From Lama guanicoe (taxonomy: Eukaryota): DNA of 64,000 nucleotides. The position numbers and the translations under genes are program-made. Positions within the stretch are counted from its first letter, which is position 1. Each line of letters starts with the position of its first letter. Below the pieces are notes generated by a model. The model was given only the letters and a program-made list of their open reading frames with translations. It was not told the DNA's origin and searched no databases. Of this stretch, positions 12,962-27,203 are shown one piece after another. The stretch is from NCBI GenBank assembly GCA_013239625.1, contig MU053911.1, positions 1,005,590 to 1,069,589 of the forward strand. The letters run 5' to 3'.

Positions 12962-14369
12962 CTGCAGGGTGACAGAGAGGCCGTCAGGTCAGCCTGGAGC
13001 CCGCGTCCCTCAGCACTGCGAACCCACGGGAGTCCCGCCTGCTCGCCGGCTTCGGACACATCCAGACTCCTGACACCTCCTGGGGACTCCTCATCCTCCA
13101 TCATGGGTGTGTCCGCTAACCCTCTGGTCAGGAAAAGGATGACATCCCACACCTTATAAACTATCTCAAAGGGGCTTCCACTGCTGAGAGAGAGACGAAT
13201 GACATCCTTCCCCCTGACCGGCTGCTGCCTCAGGGTCAGGCGAGGTCTCCACTCAGAGCGCCTGTGGGAGACACTGGTCTACCCTGTGCTCGTAAGCGGC
13301 CGACCTGGCATAGAGATGCTCTTCCTCAGGGAACCACAGGCTGGCTTTCCTGCGGGCCAAGGGGCTGCCAGGGCCCCTCCTGAGCTGGGAGGAGTGACGG
13401 GGCCACCAGCACACCAGGAATGCAACAGAGTGGGCTGGATGGGGACCCACGCTCCTCACCAGCCTAACCACTTCACATGTGTCCTTGCCAAGGCTTGACA
13501 TCACCTGCCTCGGGGCAAGACCTTCGAAGGAAGGGTTTCCTACATCTGCCCTTGAACAGAAGAGCGGCCTCGCCGTAACCGCCACTGGCCACATGGCTGA
13601 GTTCTGGAAACCTCACTGCATTGCGACTTAAACCCAGTGCTGGGCAACCAGTCTTCTCCAACTTCTGCTAAGTTTCTTTCTTGGGACTAATGTACTATCA
13701 GCTTTTTAAAGTTTCATTGATTTTAAATGTTTGCCTCCTTAAGAACCCTCTTCCCCACCTCCTGACTGTTTTGCTGGCAGCTGTGGCCCTGGGAGACCTC
13801 CACTCTGGCCATCCTGATGCTCCCGGGTCTCCCCGAGCCTGGGACAGGACTGGGCCGCTTACCGCGCCTGGCAAAGGTGAGACTTGTGAGGTGAGACCAC
13901 GGCGGTGTGCAGGGCCTCAGCGCCCCTCACCTGCGGAGGGCTCCCCCCTGCCATCTTTCCCGTCAGAAGTGCAAGGCAGGAGAGGCCCGCAGCCTGATGA
14001 CCATAGCCCTGAGCCCAGGAGGGGACAGCGGGGCGGCCCCAGCTCTAAGCGGGCCGTGAAGAGAGCATTTTGAAAAAATGAAAAATGAAAGCATAATCAA
14101 ACCTTTCTGGAATCCCAATTGTTTGGGCCATCTGGTATCTTTTTTCTCATAAAAGTGCAGGCCAGGAAATTTTCTTTGTGGGCTCATGTTTTTAAAAACA
14201 GGTGTTCAAAAAAGGTTTTTTTGATTTAAAAAAAGACTCAACGTGCAGTAAGTAGAAGCCCACTGTTAGGAAGGTCACTGACAACCAGCGGCTGTGCGGA
14301 CTGCACGCGGGCACCATGCCCCATTCCTCCGCGAGTGCGCAGCCTGCCCTGGGCACCCATGCCCCTCAC

Positions 14370-14532
14370 CTCGAGCTTGTGGGCCCTCTCTCGGCTCAGG
14401 GGCTCCAAGGGGAAGCTCAGGTTGTTGGCTTCGGCCAGAGAACGAAGGTCAAAGTAATACTTGGCATAAACGCTGGAGGGGACGTTGATGTTGAACTGGA
14501 GCAACTCGAGGAACTGCCGCTCCAGCTCATTC
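14370..14532 (-). CDS. CCNY: CCNY exon 9 ([54 protein letters not shown])
   Basis: Acceptor ccgcAG, donor GTGAGG, 163 nt; the peptide is visible inside ORF 14238..15233. Confidence 0.97.
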
Positions 14533-16229
14533 CTGCGGGAGAGATGGACAGCGCGGCTCAGCTCTCGGTCCCCCACCCCCGACTGCGGAGACAGAGCCCA
14601 CCAGGGAGAAGAGCCAGCTGTGACCGCTGGGTGGGTGCAGGGTCTGACTGCACATCTCCGTGAGGCCCATTGGCTCAAATGGGAGGGGGGCGGGGCAGAC
14701 GGCACAGAGAACCAAGTGGAGTCCAGGGAGGGCCCATGGGCTCTGCCCTTCCCAGGAAAAGGGGGCGCTGCTGACCTGCCTCCTCCACAGAGCATGCCTG
14801 CAAGGCATGTCAGCAGGCCAGGTGGGCCCGAGAAAGCGCATCTCAAACAAGCTCCCTTGAAAGGCCCGGTGGCCCGCTGAGAACCCTCAACACAGAGCCC
14901 GGTCCACAAAGGAGCCAACCCACTCACACCTGGATGGAGGCGGCAGTGGTGGTGGCCAGGACAGAGCAGCCTACCTCTCAGGGCTGACTGACAGCCAGGG
15001 TGGGGGGTGGGGGCAGGGGGAAGCATCCTCGGTGATGGTTGTCTGTATGCCTTGGTCCTGCCAGCGGGGTGGGGGACCAGGAAGGCCTCCCAGAGGGGCA
15101 GCGGGGCCAGGGAGGAGGGTTGGGGCATGCTGGTCATCTCTCCGTCGTCACTGGAGCCCCGGTCCGAGTGCATCTGCTCCTTGAGGGACCTTGCAGAGCC
15201 ATCGGAGCCCCGGAGGGCACTGCCAGGCCGCACTGCGGCGACACCAGCAGGAGCAGGAGGCAGGGCGGCGGGGATGCGAGCGCGATGTGCATTCCCAGAC
15301 CGGAGCCCCAGGCAGGAGCGACCTGAGAAGCCTCAGCGCATTGTCCTTCCGGCCGGTGCCCTTGCAGTGCAGCGGGAAGACCAAGAGGCCGCACTCAGGT
15401 CCTTAACGCAGGAGCGGATTCCCTTCCTTGCAGCTTCGAGAGAGGAGTTATGCTGAATTTCCCACTCTCAGTGACTGTTATCTGTGTCCCCTTTACGTGA
15501 GATTCAATAAGAGGTCATCCTCCGAAACACGGGAACCAGGTGAGATCTTAGTAAAATGCGGTTAGGCAGAGGCGCTGGCCTGGGACACACTGCCGCCCAG
15601 GGGCCAAGAGGCGCCACCGCGGCCCGCACTCCGGTGTGGGGAAGAAAGCCTCTCTTCTCAGTACAAACGGGAGATAGCCAGTCCGCTATTCCTGCCCCGA
15701 ACGGCACCGGCACCGACACCACCGCCCGCTGCTGAGGGCGCATCTAGGATTACAATCAGAAGGAATCTGTTTACAAGATGGCGGCTCCCCAGTGCTCCTC
15801 AGGGAAAAGCAGCCTTTCTGAATAGTGGAGTGTTTTCTTGAATGTTTCTGTGTAAGTTTGGATGGAAATAAAGATTTTAGAGCTGCTGCATTTTCAAACT
15901 GAAGCCAGACTTAGGAAATAAAAATAATTCCCCAAATTTGAATTTCCAAACTGCAGCAGTCCATATGACAGCTTGCTACGCGATACAAATCAGAAAACGA
16001 ACAGTGACGCGAATGGGCTTGACGGATCTGCTGCCCTCAAGAGGATACTTAAAAACAGTTCTAATGTGAAACTTTGTAATAAATAAGTTCAGGTCAATAA
16101 ACAAAAAATATTTCAGAAATACTTGTCACATTAGATCAACATTGTAAAGAAACCCAATGGAACCCAACTGAATGGCTAACTGCCACTTAGCAACCTGCAA
16201 ATGGGGCCCCAAATGCACCTAAAGGGAGT

Positions 16230-16790
16230 TGTTTTCATCATCTAATAGCCTGTAGGCTTTTCTGGAAAAACATGCTCACTTTAAAGACCAGCCACCATGC
16301 AGCAACCCCACCTCTGGGCACAGACCCAGGAGAGCGGAGGGCAGGGCCCCGGGGAGGTATCTGCACGCCCGCGCTCCTCCTGCTCACGGCAGTGCTGTTC
16401 ACAGCAGCCAGGAGAGCAGGCAGCCCACGTCCGACGACAAGCGGTCTACACACAGAATGGAGTCTTCCCAGCATCAAAAAGGAAGGAAACTCTGACTCAG
16501 GCTACCCTGAAAGAAGCCAGCCACGCAAAGACAAATGCCTCGTGGCTCAACTGAGATGAGGCCCGAGTGGACTCACTGGAGCAGTGAGGTTCTGAGAGAC
16601 GGGAGGCAGAGTGGAGGCCGCCGGGGGCTGGGAGGTGGGGTTGCATGGGGACAGGGTCAGTTTTATAAGAGTCAGAGTCCGGAGGAAGAGCTGGTGACGG
16701 CTACATGACAGCAGGAATGTGCAGAACACCCCGAGCTGTGCCCTGAAGATAGTTTCAGTGGTAAATTCCATACTGAGCATGTCTGTCATG
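16230..16790 (+). mobile_element. Old L1 3' end, GC-shifted
   Basis: Recognisable L1M 3' succession (gcagtgctgttcacagcagcca ... aaggaaggaaactctgac ... ggggacagggtcagttt ... ggtgacggctaca). Confidence 0.65.
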
Positions 16791-17897
16791 GAAAAACCAA
16801 ACAAGGCACCAAGCGAGAGAGAGTCTTCTCGCCAGGGCAGCCCCAACCTGGGCCCGTCTGACGGGCGTCAGTGAAACACGGTGCCCCGACTGCCCTCGTG
16901 ACACGTGCCTCAAAATGTTTGTTTTGAGCGCCAACATCAGCGAGCCCAGCCTTCCCAGCCAGAGCTGCCCTATCCAGAGGTGCATGCAGGGCCCCACCAA
17001 GGTCCTCGGTGTCAGAGACCCTTCAGCTGGAGAGGAGCCTGGGCTCGGAGACACGGGGAAGGCCACCTCAGGACAGCCACACACAGGCGAGGCCAGGAAG
17101 AAGGGGACATGGGTCAGCAGGGCACCGGAAGCAGCACCAAAAAGCACATCTCCCGTCTCTGCATCTGCAACTCGTAACTGTCTCGCCCTGGGGAGCGAGA
17201 AGGGGAGGCCCAGGCCAGCGTGGAGGAGCAGAGGCTGGCTGGGATAAACGACGGCCCCCCACGCCCCCTCCCCCCAGCAGGGGCCCCAGAGCCAGCCTCA
17301 GCCATTTAGCTGAGTGACAGCCAATTCCACTGACTCCTGGGGACTCACAGGGTATCACTGAAAAAGACTGACTTAAGCACTAACTTTTTTTAAAATTCCA
17401 GAAGTGAATCTGCGGCTCGGTGCAGACGGTACAAAATACAGCCTGCGTCCCCACAAGCCTGGCTCCGCAGCCGGCCCTGAACCGCACCGAGTGTGGCACA
17501 AGCCAACCCACCCCTTCGAGTTCCTGCGGAAACCACTCAGTCTGGCCGCTCCAGGGCTAGGAGGCCCCCACACACTCGCCTGCTCTGCCGGAGCAGGGTC
17601 TTGCACGAGGCCTCGGAACACAGAGGACTGCCCAGTGGTGACAGTGAGCGCACGTCTTAGGGGTGCCGGGAGGACCAGCTGAGACATGCAGAAACTGGAC
17701 AAGGCTCGACTCCTGACAAACAGCTTACAACCACTTCTTCGAGGCTTTCAATAAAATAAGGGCTTCTCCAGTGATCCCGAGTCCACGTGAAGACCCAGCT
17801 GGGCCGACGTCTCGATGTGTTAAGGACAGCAGCACAGAAGGCGTCTCCCCGCCAGCCGCGTTTCTCTCTCTCCTTCTGTTCCAAGGCTTGGTGGTGA

Positions 17898-17966
17898 TGA
17901 CGGCTGCATGACAGCGGGAATGGGCAGAACACCCCGAGCTGGGCCCTGAAGGTAGTTTCAGTGGTA
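17898..17966 (+). repeat. 69-bp dispersed copy of 16695-16763
   Basis: 64/69 identical, same orientation, 1.2 kb apart. Confidence 0.9.
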
Positions 17967-18393
17967 TCTGTCGTCTGCCTGTGCCCCGCGGCGCCCTCCG
18001 CAGAGAGCAGGGACAGAAAGGAGAAGCGGTCTGAGGCCCAGGTCCGGCGTCCGCAGGCCTTTCCTCTCTGACCCCACGGGGGGGACGTCCTGGGCTCTCT
18101 TGCTGACCCTGAGCACCACCGCCACCCACATCCCCGGTCAGCGGGAGGGGCAGCTGGGCCACGTCCCCGCACACACACCTCAGCACAGGTGACAGATGCC
18201 AAGGGGCAGAAACAAGGCAGGATTTCTCGCCCCATGCACCTGCTCACAGCCTGGATGACCAGCTCAGAGACCATTTTCACCTTGAGATGCAATCAAGAAT
18301 TTGACTTTTCCTGCTATCAGGAAGGAATTACAGATGCAGGGAGGGCTTTAAGCGTCCGCAGCAGGAAGGGAATCTGTGCAAGACACCCAAGAA

Positions 18394-18598
18394 CACAGAC
18401 CAGTGCCCAAGGGCGGCCCAGAAATGGGCGCCCAGAGCAGCGGCAGCCAGCGGACAGGGGCCAGGCTGGGAGGAGCCAGCGGGCCACCACAGACCCTGTG
18501 CCCAAGGGCGACCCAGAAATGGGCGCCCAGAGCAGCGGCAGCCAGCGGACAGGGGCCATGCCGGGAGGAGCCGGCGGCCACCACGGGCCCTGTGCCCC
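18394..18598. repeat. Tandem duplication, ~94-bp unit x ~2.2
   Basis: cacagac...gtgcccaagggcg...cccagaaatgggcgcccagagcagcggcagccagcggacaggggcca occurs at 18394 and again at 18488. Confidence 0.9.
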
Positions 18599-19084
18599 GA
18601 GGATCCGGGTCTGGGGACACAGATGTGGATGGGCACACGGTGGAACCTCCTCCAGCCAAAAGCTTCCCTGAGGAAGCCAAACGAACAGTATGAGAAAAAT
18701 AGCAAAAACTGAGTCAGAAATGCCGACGAAGTGTAAGGAACTGTACAGGGTTCACCCTGAACGTTCTCCAGAACCTATGGAAGGCTTGGACCCGATCTCC
18801 CACGTCCCCAGCTCTGAGACCCCAACAACGGACGACACAGGGGCAAGGCGACACAAGGCTCTTTTTAAGCAACGGAACTTGTAAAACAGGACAAAAGCAG
18901 TGAAAGTCTCCTCCCCGAAATGGAGTAAGAACAGGTAACATTTTAGCCACCTACTGCCCGGAGCAGGCACTGGGCCTGAGGTGGGTCTGCAGTGGGGACA
19001 GGGCTGGCCGGGGGAACAGGACCTGGGGGGACAGGGCCTAGGGACATGGAAGCGGAGGGGGAGGAGCAGGGTCTGAGCACTCAC

Positions 19085-19251
19085 ATGTCCTCCACCGTGA
19101 TGTCCTTGAGGATCTGGCAGTAGTCCACGTTCCACACTGCCTGGTCATCCCACACCTTTGAGGCCAGCAGGATGGCCCCCAGGACAATCCGCTTCCAGTT
19201 GGCTGGACAGATGTCGATTTCTGCATAGGTCAGAAGCCTCTCGAGGTAAAC
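19085..19251 (-). CDS. CCNY: CCNY exon 8 ([56 protein letters not shown]), cyclin box
   Basis: Acceptor ttgcAG, donor GTGAGT, 167 nt. Confidence 0.97.
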
Positions 19252-19559
19252 CTGCAAGACAGGAAGCCCCCGGGTGACGAGCCAGCGCCTCCCACACCAG
19301 GCAGCGCATGCGCTCCACCTCCTACACAGGTCCCCACGGCCCGATCACTCGCTTAAAAAGTCAAGGGCTCAAGGAGTTGAGGACAGGCGGGCATGAAGGC
19401 GCCGCCAACGCTGGACATGTAGGCGCGGCTGGGCCGATGCCAGCAGCTACAGGCCAGCTCCTCGCTCCACCCACCGCGACACTGGCACAAACCCAGCGAG
19501 CAACCAGAGATCCGACAAGGAGAGCAAACAACGTGAAAGAAGAAACTTTTTTTTTTTAA

Positions 19560-20335
19560 TCTCTACTCTTTTTCATTAAACTTTTTATTTGGATGTGATG
19601 GTAGATTTACACAGTGTTGATAAACCTGGTTTTTATTATGATGGTCAAGTACACACAACGCAAAACGCAGCACTTAACTGTTTCGGGTGTGCGGTTCTGC
19701 GCTGTTAAGAACAGTCACAGTGTTGTGAAACCCTCACCATCCAACTCTTTTTCCAGAACTTTCTTCATCTCCCCAAACTGGAACTCTGTGCCTATGCAAC
19801 CCCCAACCCGTTCCCCCTCCTGCCTCCCTGAATGTGACGACCCAGGTACCTGATGGAGGTGGACTCACACAGTACCTGTCCCTTTGTGACTGGCTCCTTT
19901 CACTGAGAACAGTGTCCCCAAGGGTCACCCATGCTGCAGCCAGTGTCAACGATTCCTTCCTTTTTAAGGCTGAATAATGGTACAGACCACGTTCTGTTTG
20001 CCCAGCATCCATCAATGGACATGTGACTTGTTTCCACTTCTGGCTACTGTGAATAATGCTGCTGTGAACACTGGTGCACAGACGTCCGTTCAAGCCTCTA
20101 CATCTGATTCTTTCTGGTGTGTCCCCAGTAGTGGGACTGTCGGACTGTGTGATAATCTGCTCAGTATTCCGTAGAACCACCACACTCTCCTTCACAGCAG
20201 CTGAACCATTTATGTTCCCACCAGCAATGCACAAGGGTTAGTTTTTCCACATCCTTGCCAATATTTGCCAGTACCTGTTATTTTCTGTTTTTTTTTTAAA
20301 TTATAGTCATCCTAATGCGTGTGAAGTGGTATTTT
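19560..20335 (-). mobile_element. Old L1 (L1M-type) 3' region
   Basis: Motifs ttcctttttaaggctgaataat, ggctactgtgaataatgctgct and ttcccaccagcaatgcacaagggtt. Confidence 0.85.
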
Positions 20336-20639
20336 TAAATGAAAGAATTCCAGCTGAAGTTGTAAAATGAAATCACATAATATAGGATTTAAAACTCGCC
20401 AAACGCAGACGGCAGACATCAGAAATACCCACAGAGCTCATCAACTAAGCTGGGTCACAAGTTAAGAATGCCTTTCAAAGCTTCCCTTAGTAAAAGCCTC
20501 CTTATTGATGTGTTTCACACCTCTCTGAATCATGAATTGATTATTTCCAGTTTTACGTCAAATGCATTTGCAAAGGCATCGACTGCATCAGAAAGAAAGA
20601 ATTTAGTTAAATCAATCATCTATACTTTTCGAACTAGTC

Positions 20640-23120
20640 ATAGTTTATCATGTCTGTAAAAGATTAAATACTAGGAAATAACCCAAAAAAGCATGTACAG
20701 AAAAAAAATGCTTAAATGGGCAAAACTAAGAAAATCTGAATAGAGCACGAACCTTAGTTCATAATAACGCATCAGTTATTAATAAATACATCACATTAAT
20801 ATAAGATGTTAGTAATATTACACGTTTATTATATCCACATACTATCACAATGTTACAGAGCTTAACACTACACTAGGTGTTAAGTGTGCAGGAATTCTCT
20901 GTACTGTCGTCACCATCTTCCTACAAATCTAAAATTAAAAGTTGATTTTTAAAAATACATCATGAAAATGAACACACATCCCCAAACTTGTGCAGCGCAG
21001 CTGGAGCTCAGCTCACAGAAACGGGTTGCTGTCAACTCCTGTGTTAGGAAAGGCAGGCCTCAAATCAGTAACCTGACCTTCCGTCTTCAGTAACCAGAAG
21101 AGAAGGAAGACAGGAAACTAAAGGGACAGCCAGCAGGAGGAAGGAATGAACCAAAATGAGAGAGGAGACAAACGGGTGGAGCCAAGAAAACAGAAAAACC
21201 AACAGAACTGCAAGCCGGTTCTTTGGGAAGACCAGCAAAATCAACAAGCCGTTAGCTAAACCGGCCAAGATGAAAAGGAAAAGGACTCCAGTAAGAAAAA
21301 TCAGAAATGAAAAGAGACATCACAGTAGCCTTTCAGAAATAAAGAGAATTGCAGCAAACGGGACAACTCAGGTAAAACAGACAAATCCCCACAAAGACAC
21401 CAGCTGACCCAAGAAACAGACAGTCCGAATAGGCCGAGAGCAGGCAGAGGCTGAACTGGTAACGCAAACCCTTCAACAAAGAAAAGCCCTGCGTGGAGGG
21501 CAGCACAGGGAATCAGTCACATTTAACAACACTTCTAAATGAAGCATAACCTATAAAAATACTGAACCACTAATATACTGTAAATCACCTAGACTTGAAT
21601 TGTTTAAAAGATACTATTTAAAAAAAACCCTGGCCAAGGCAGCTTCAACGGTGAATTCTATTATTTAAATAATACCAATCCTTCCCAGACTCTGCGGAGA
21701 AACAGAAGTGGAAGGAACACTTTTCAGTTCATTATATGAGGCCAGTTATGCTGATTCCAGCACCAAAGGTATCACAAGGAAACGAGAGACCAATATCCCT
21801 TACAAATACAGATGCAAAACTCAACAGAACGCTAGCAATCCAAGCCCAGCAACACAGAAAAGAACTACGCAGCAGGACCGAGAGTGCAAGGTGGGCTTAA
21901 CACATCAACACAATAAAGAACAAAACCACACAACCAACCTCATGGTACAGAGACAGCTCTGACACAATCCAATACTCTCTAAAGATCAAGAACACTCCAC
22001 ATATTAGGAACAGAAAACAACTTCCTCGTCTGGCAAAGCGCATCTATGAAAAACTCAACAGCTAACATCTTCTTTAACGGAGAAAGACTGAAAGGTTTCC
22101 AGCAAGATCACGAACCAGACCCGGGCACACACTCTCACTTCTGGTCAGCACGGTGCTGACCTGGGTGACCGGCTGCAGGAGGAAGAGCCGTCCAGCTCGG
22201 GAAGGAGGAAGCAGAGCCATCTCCACTTGCAGACATAGAAAATTATAAGGAACCTTGTAAAAACTATTAGAACTAACATGAGGTAAACAACATGGAAGGA
22301 CAGATTGACTGCACCGCGTTCCCACACAGCAGCAGTGAACAACCCGACAATGGAATTCAGAAAGTCAATCCACTTACAAAAGCGTGAAACAGAAGTAAAC
22401 ACCTAGGAATACATTTAACAAAAGAAGACTTGTAAGATTTGTACACTGAAAACTACATAAAGGGATTGATAAAAGAAACTGAAGAAAATCTGAGTAAACA
22501 ATTTCTTTATGTAGTTTTCAGTGTACAAGTGGACTGACTTTCTTAATTTCATTGTCGTATGGGATGTGACGGGGAGAAACTGTGGGCTCCTGACGTTGCC
22601 AGCAGCGACACAGAAGAAGGGTGAACAGAGTCACTGCGTGCCCCCGCAGCCCCACCCCTGGTGTGCACCGAGACACGAGGACACGCCCACCCGAAGGCTA
22701 GCGCAAATGCTCACAGCGGCGTTATCACAGCAGCTGGGAGGTGGAAGTAACCCAGTGCCCATTAACTGAGCGGTGGACGAATAAAAGGCAGTGTACCCAC
22801 TCAACAGAGCATCGGCTGGCAATAAAAAAGAAGGAAATCCCACACAGGCTCCAACCTGGGCGAACTCTGGAAACGTGACTGTGGAAGCCAGTCACCAGAG
22901 ACTAAGCATCACATAATCCACCCACACAAATGTCCTCAACAGGTGCGCCTGGGCTGGGGGCAAGGAATGGGGGGCGGCCACCAGTGGGGAAGGGGTCTCT
23001 TCTGGGGGGCTAGGCGGAGGAGGCTGCCGCACCATATACTAAACCCCCTGCAGCGCTCACTTCATGAGGGTGGGCCTTACGGTGTGTGGGCTGCATCTCA
23101 GCAAAGGGATGAGAAAACGA
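20640..23120 (+). mobile_element. Degraded old L1 ORF2/3' fragments
   Basis: A-rich, with motifs such as accagcaaaatcaacaagccgttagctaaac, ttcattatatgaggccag and gatttgtacactgaaaactac. Boundaries approximate. Confidence 0.75.
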
Positions 23121-24213
23121 GCAATTCCTAACATGTGTCCTCATCAGGTCAGTCCGCACTCTGCCACCCCCATTTCTTCTCACTCCTTTCCTTCTGGCCG
23201 GACCCTCTCCATCCATCACTGACTTCCTCCCCAGCCCAATGCCATGCTCTCCGAACAGAGCCCACCTTGTGGCCGCCGACGGCCCTGAGCAAGGACTGGA
23301 CTCTCACTCCCGCAGCCGTGCCGGGAACGTTACAAAGTGCCCTTCAGGCTTCGCTTATCATAAATCAGCAGGTGCAATTCAGTGCCCTCGCCTGCTTTTT
23401 AAATTTCCTCCTATGTCAGTATCGATAGGAGAGAAGGTTTTGAGTATATCCTCAAAGGCTAAAGAAATATAGTAAGTGATATAAAGTTATTGTTCCTCTT
23501 TCAAAACAGAGTTAATTAAGCTCTGAAATATTTCTTTGGGTTAACTGGGCTCCGGGTGTCTGCAAATCCTGGAAGCTGTTGCCACAGGCAGGCTGTAGTC
23601 CATCTCCTTGCAGGCAGAGAGGCTCTCTGTCCCCTGGGCAGTGATCCATGATGCCAAGGTAAAGTCCAGGAGATGGGCAGAGAGAAAGGCATCTCTGTCA
23701 GCTCCAGGCCAAACCTTCCCGGACGTGGCCTTCTGCCCACAGGCCCCAGGCTGGCCCAGCAAAGGCCCACAGCAGGCGCCAGAGAAACAGCCCTATTTCC
23801 CAAATGAGATCTGACCAATGGTCCATCCCTAAGGCCTTGAGAATGCAAGTTAGGGTGGAGACTTTTTATCTCCGGTCTCAGCGCGGGTCATGTCCCACTG
23901 TCTCTGAATTTCTAACAGACATATGTTTACAGGAAAACCACAGACAAGAAGGCAGCAGTCACATCACTCCTCCCGGTGTCAGGGCTCATCGCTCCTGATC
24001 CCAGTCACCAAACCCCCGCAGGGAGTCAGCCCAGAACCCGGGATGTCGGCGAGGGGCCCGGTCCTTCAGAGCCCCTTCGTGCCCACTCCACTTTCCTGCC
24101 TGTGTCTCCGCAGCTTCCCCGCCTCTGAGTGTGGTCTGATTTGAGGAGACCCAGGAAAGGGACAGCCAGCAGTGGCGCCAGCGTTCACGGCCGCCCGCCC
24201 CGCGAGCACTCAC

Positions 24214-24333
24214 CAGGGTAACTATGGCGCACTCCGCGGTCAGCTGGGCAGCGCTGAACAGTGTCCGAACAAACCGGTAAATCTGCTTCTGCTCGGGGTT
24301 GTGTTTGTCGTAATCTGGTGGCACTTCGGATTT
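24214..24333 (-). CDS. CCNY: CCNY exon 7 ([40 protein letters not shown]), cyclin box
   Basis: Acceptor ccccAG, donor GTGAGT, 120 nt. Confidence 0.97.
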
Positions 24334-24419
24334 CTGGGGAAGGAGATATTCTCAGGTGACCCAACAAGAGCAACAGAGACATGACTGGCTGGCACCCTGA
24401 CACCCGAGGGGCAGATTAC

Positions 24420-24477
24420 CGAAAGAGGGTGAAGGTTTTCATCGAAAATATCCAAGAGCATCCGTCCATCTGGGTCC
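24420..24477 (-). CDS. CCNY: CCNY exon 6 (DPDGRMLLDIFDENLHPLS)
   Basis: Acceptor caccAG, donor GTAATC, 58 nt; followed by an 86-nt intron. Confidence 0.96.
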
Positions 24478-25614
24478 CTGGTGGGGAAACAACAGGAAAT
24501 GGAGTCTACTTTCTGCAAGAACGAATGCCAGTCAAAATGAAACAGAAACATGTTTTCATTCAACTGGTATTTCAAGAAACAGACAGTGCTGAACGTTGAG
24601 AGATGGTATTGATTACTCATGAATTATAATTTGTTTTTCTAGGGGACAATATTTAATCATTTTTGAATAGCCCATGAAATAAAGGTTATGAACCACACTT
24701 AGTTTCATTAACGTAAGGGAAAATTTAGATTCTCATTTCTTGACTTTTCAAAGGAACCAAACCTAAACTTCTTTAACGTCTTGTTTTTGAGCAAAGGCTG
24801 GCGGATCTGTGAAAGCATCACTACATGGTGGTCGGAAGGACAAAAGTCTGAGGGTAAGAATGACCACTCAGTGCATCCTAGAGATGCGTCTGAAATCTTC
24901 ACAACATGCAACTCAATCGCTTCACTAACGAGCAGTTTCATGATTGTGTCCTGAGAACAAGGCGTGACACGTGGAGAAATGTGCCTGGTTGCTCCCACAC
25001 GGGTACACGCCCGGACCCGTGCAGAGCAGAGCGGCGGCTTTCACCGCAGCGCCACGGGGAGGTGGGGCTCTGGGGGCGTCACCCCCAGGGACAGCTCTGC
25101 TTCTATCTGTTTCATATCATTTGAGTTTTGCCAGAAGCTTTTCTTTAAAAACCAAATTTGGAAATCACTGCTTTGGTAACAGCATGCAATTTCCACGGTC
25201 TGTGTTTCCAATGTCAATTAGGCTGCAAGTATCAAAAGGCTACAGATCTGTCTCTGATACACACACCCCCACTCATACGCACGCACATGCACACGTGCAC
25301 ACACACATACGCAATGCCATTCAGCAAACTCTCGGGAAACTTTCACCAGGAGTAATTTTAACAATAAAAATGTAGGGTCAAAAATATAAAGAGAGTTCAG
25401 AATTTAAGTTAAAATGGCTCTTCTGAGAAGTGGGTTTTGCTCTCAATTCCATTAAAAGCTGTGCCACCTAGTCTCAAGACACCTTCAGGCGACAGTCTGT
25501 AAATTAACCAGGCTGATTTCATATGACGGCTTTTCAGCCGGACTTCTCCACTTTCGGCTCCATTTATTCCCACGAGCCCGGCAGGGCACACGATCACACG
25601 TCTCAGTAGTATAT

Positions 25615-25812
25615 TGCTGGGCTCAACTCCTAATTCCCTAATTTACTAGCTGTGTATCTCAGGCAAATTATTTAAATCCCCCTGTGCCTCGGTTTCTTTA
25701 TCTGTAAAGTGGAGATAGTATCGGTAGCACCTGGTGGAGCTGCTGTAAAAACTACATGAGATAAGGCGCGCAGAGAGCGGCCCAGGGTGGCCAGAGTGAG
25801 CACTTAATAAAG
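25615..25812 (+). mobile_element. MIR SINE
   Basis: Core ttactagctgtgt..caggcaaattatttaa..ctgtgcctcggtttctttatctgtaaagtggagata and tail gcacttaataaa. Confidence 0.8.
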
Positions 25813-27203
25813 CTGGGCCTTAGCAGCATTGGCTGTGGCTATAAATTAACGTTGACGTCCGTGCATAATCTCAGGGCTGAGGAATCAGCAAGGCTAATGT
25901 GAAACTCGTTTGAGAACATACCTAAGTGGCACTGATGGCCTTACATTGCTGGTTAGGACTAACAGGCTTAAACACTGTGAAATACTATCACAGAAATAAG
26001 CAGCAAGACAAATTTGCACTTTCACCGATAAGTCACTCTGGTCAAGGTTCCAAGTTCCAACATCCTACATTCTGTAAGTTCTTAAATCTGAAATACTCAG
26101 GCACCATATGGACCATGAATCCCAGTTACACTGTAGGGAAAGGTCATTACAGAGAATGCCTTTCCAGGTGTCTGCTTCCAGTATCTGTGCTTTCCCACAC
26201 GTCCATTACAAGCTCTGTTGTTTACCGTCAACTTCACAGCCTGGCACCACTCTCGTAAAACAGACTCAGGGGTGCCCGAGACCCCCGCCAGCCAGGAGGC
26301 GGCCTTGCTGGCTCCCGGAGCTGGTTCCCACCAGTTGTCCTTGTGACTGTGTAGATGGAACACGCGTAAATGCCACGTTACTCAACAAGACAGGACCACG
26401 TGAGTGTCTCTGTTTTCACAAAACGAAGGGTGCTTCGGAAAGAGCCAGTAACCGGAAACCACTAACGATAAGTCAGCTGCGTGTCAGGAGCGCTCCAAAC
26501 CTGAACGAGTCCACACTCGGACTGTTCTGCAAATGTCACAGGCTTCCTAAGTGCTAATCACACACACAGAAACCGACCCACCGTGGAAAGGAAGAGTCCC
26601 CGGGGTGGCTGATAAGAGGCCGTGCTCCAGCACTGCTGTCACCAGTGCCCACCGCGCAGAGCAGGACCTGGACGCCACGCACTGAGCGTACTTTAACGTC
26701 TTACATTGAAGGAAAACTAAATGAGCGTCCTAGGATTCCCTATTTTAACTGGCTGTTTAAATTAGCTGAACCGTCTCCAGGCTATCAGGAGAGGATTCCT
26801 ACTACATTGAAATAGTTTATGACTAAACTGACAACAAAACTTTTTCTACTGAATTGAAACTATAAATTAAACATTCTTCTCACGTTAAAGTTACACACCG
26901 AAAAGTGTTAAAGTATCTTATAAAAGAGTATTTAAGCAAATCACACAGAAAATAAAGTAACGAGGAGACTGAACATGGTCAAGAAACTCTTCTGTTCTGG
27001 GGGCTCTATCTGGCTTCCTCGCTCAGAAGCAGCCCTGCACTCACCTGGGAAGTGTCAGTAAATCATGCTAACTTTAGAAATTCTATGAAAATGCACTAAG
27101 AATATAAAACTGAAAGGCTGAAGGAAGGAGAACGTAATAGCAAAACTGTAACAGTAGACAACGTGTGATGTTCTCAGCACAAAATCAATCAAAATCCACG
27201 TAC

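Noticed and set aside
14238..15233. 331-aa ORF as a novel gene or extended exon
   Set aside because: Only the 163-nt CCNY exon 9 portion is protein-like and bounded by splice sites; the rest is stop-free GC-rich intron.
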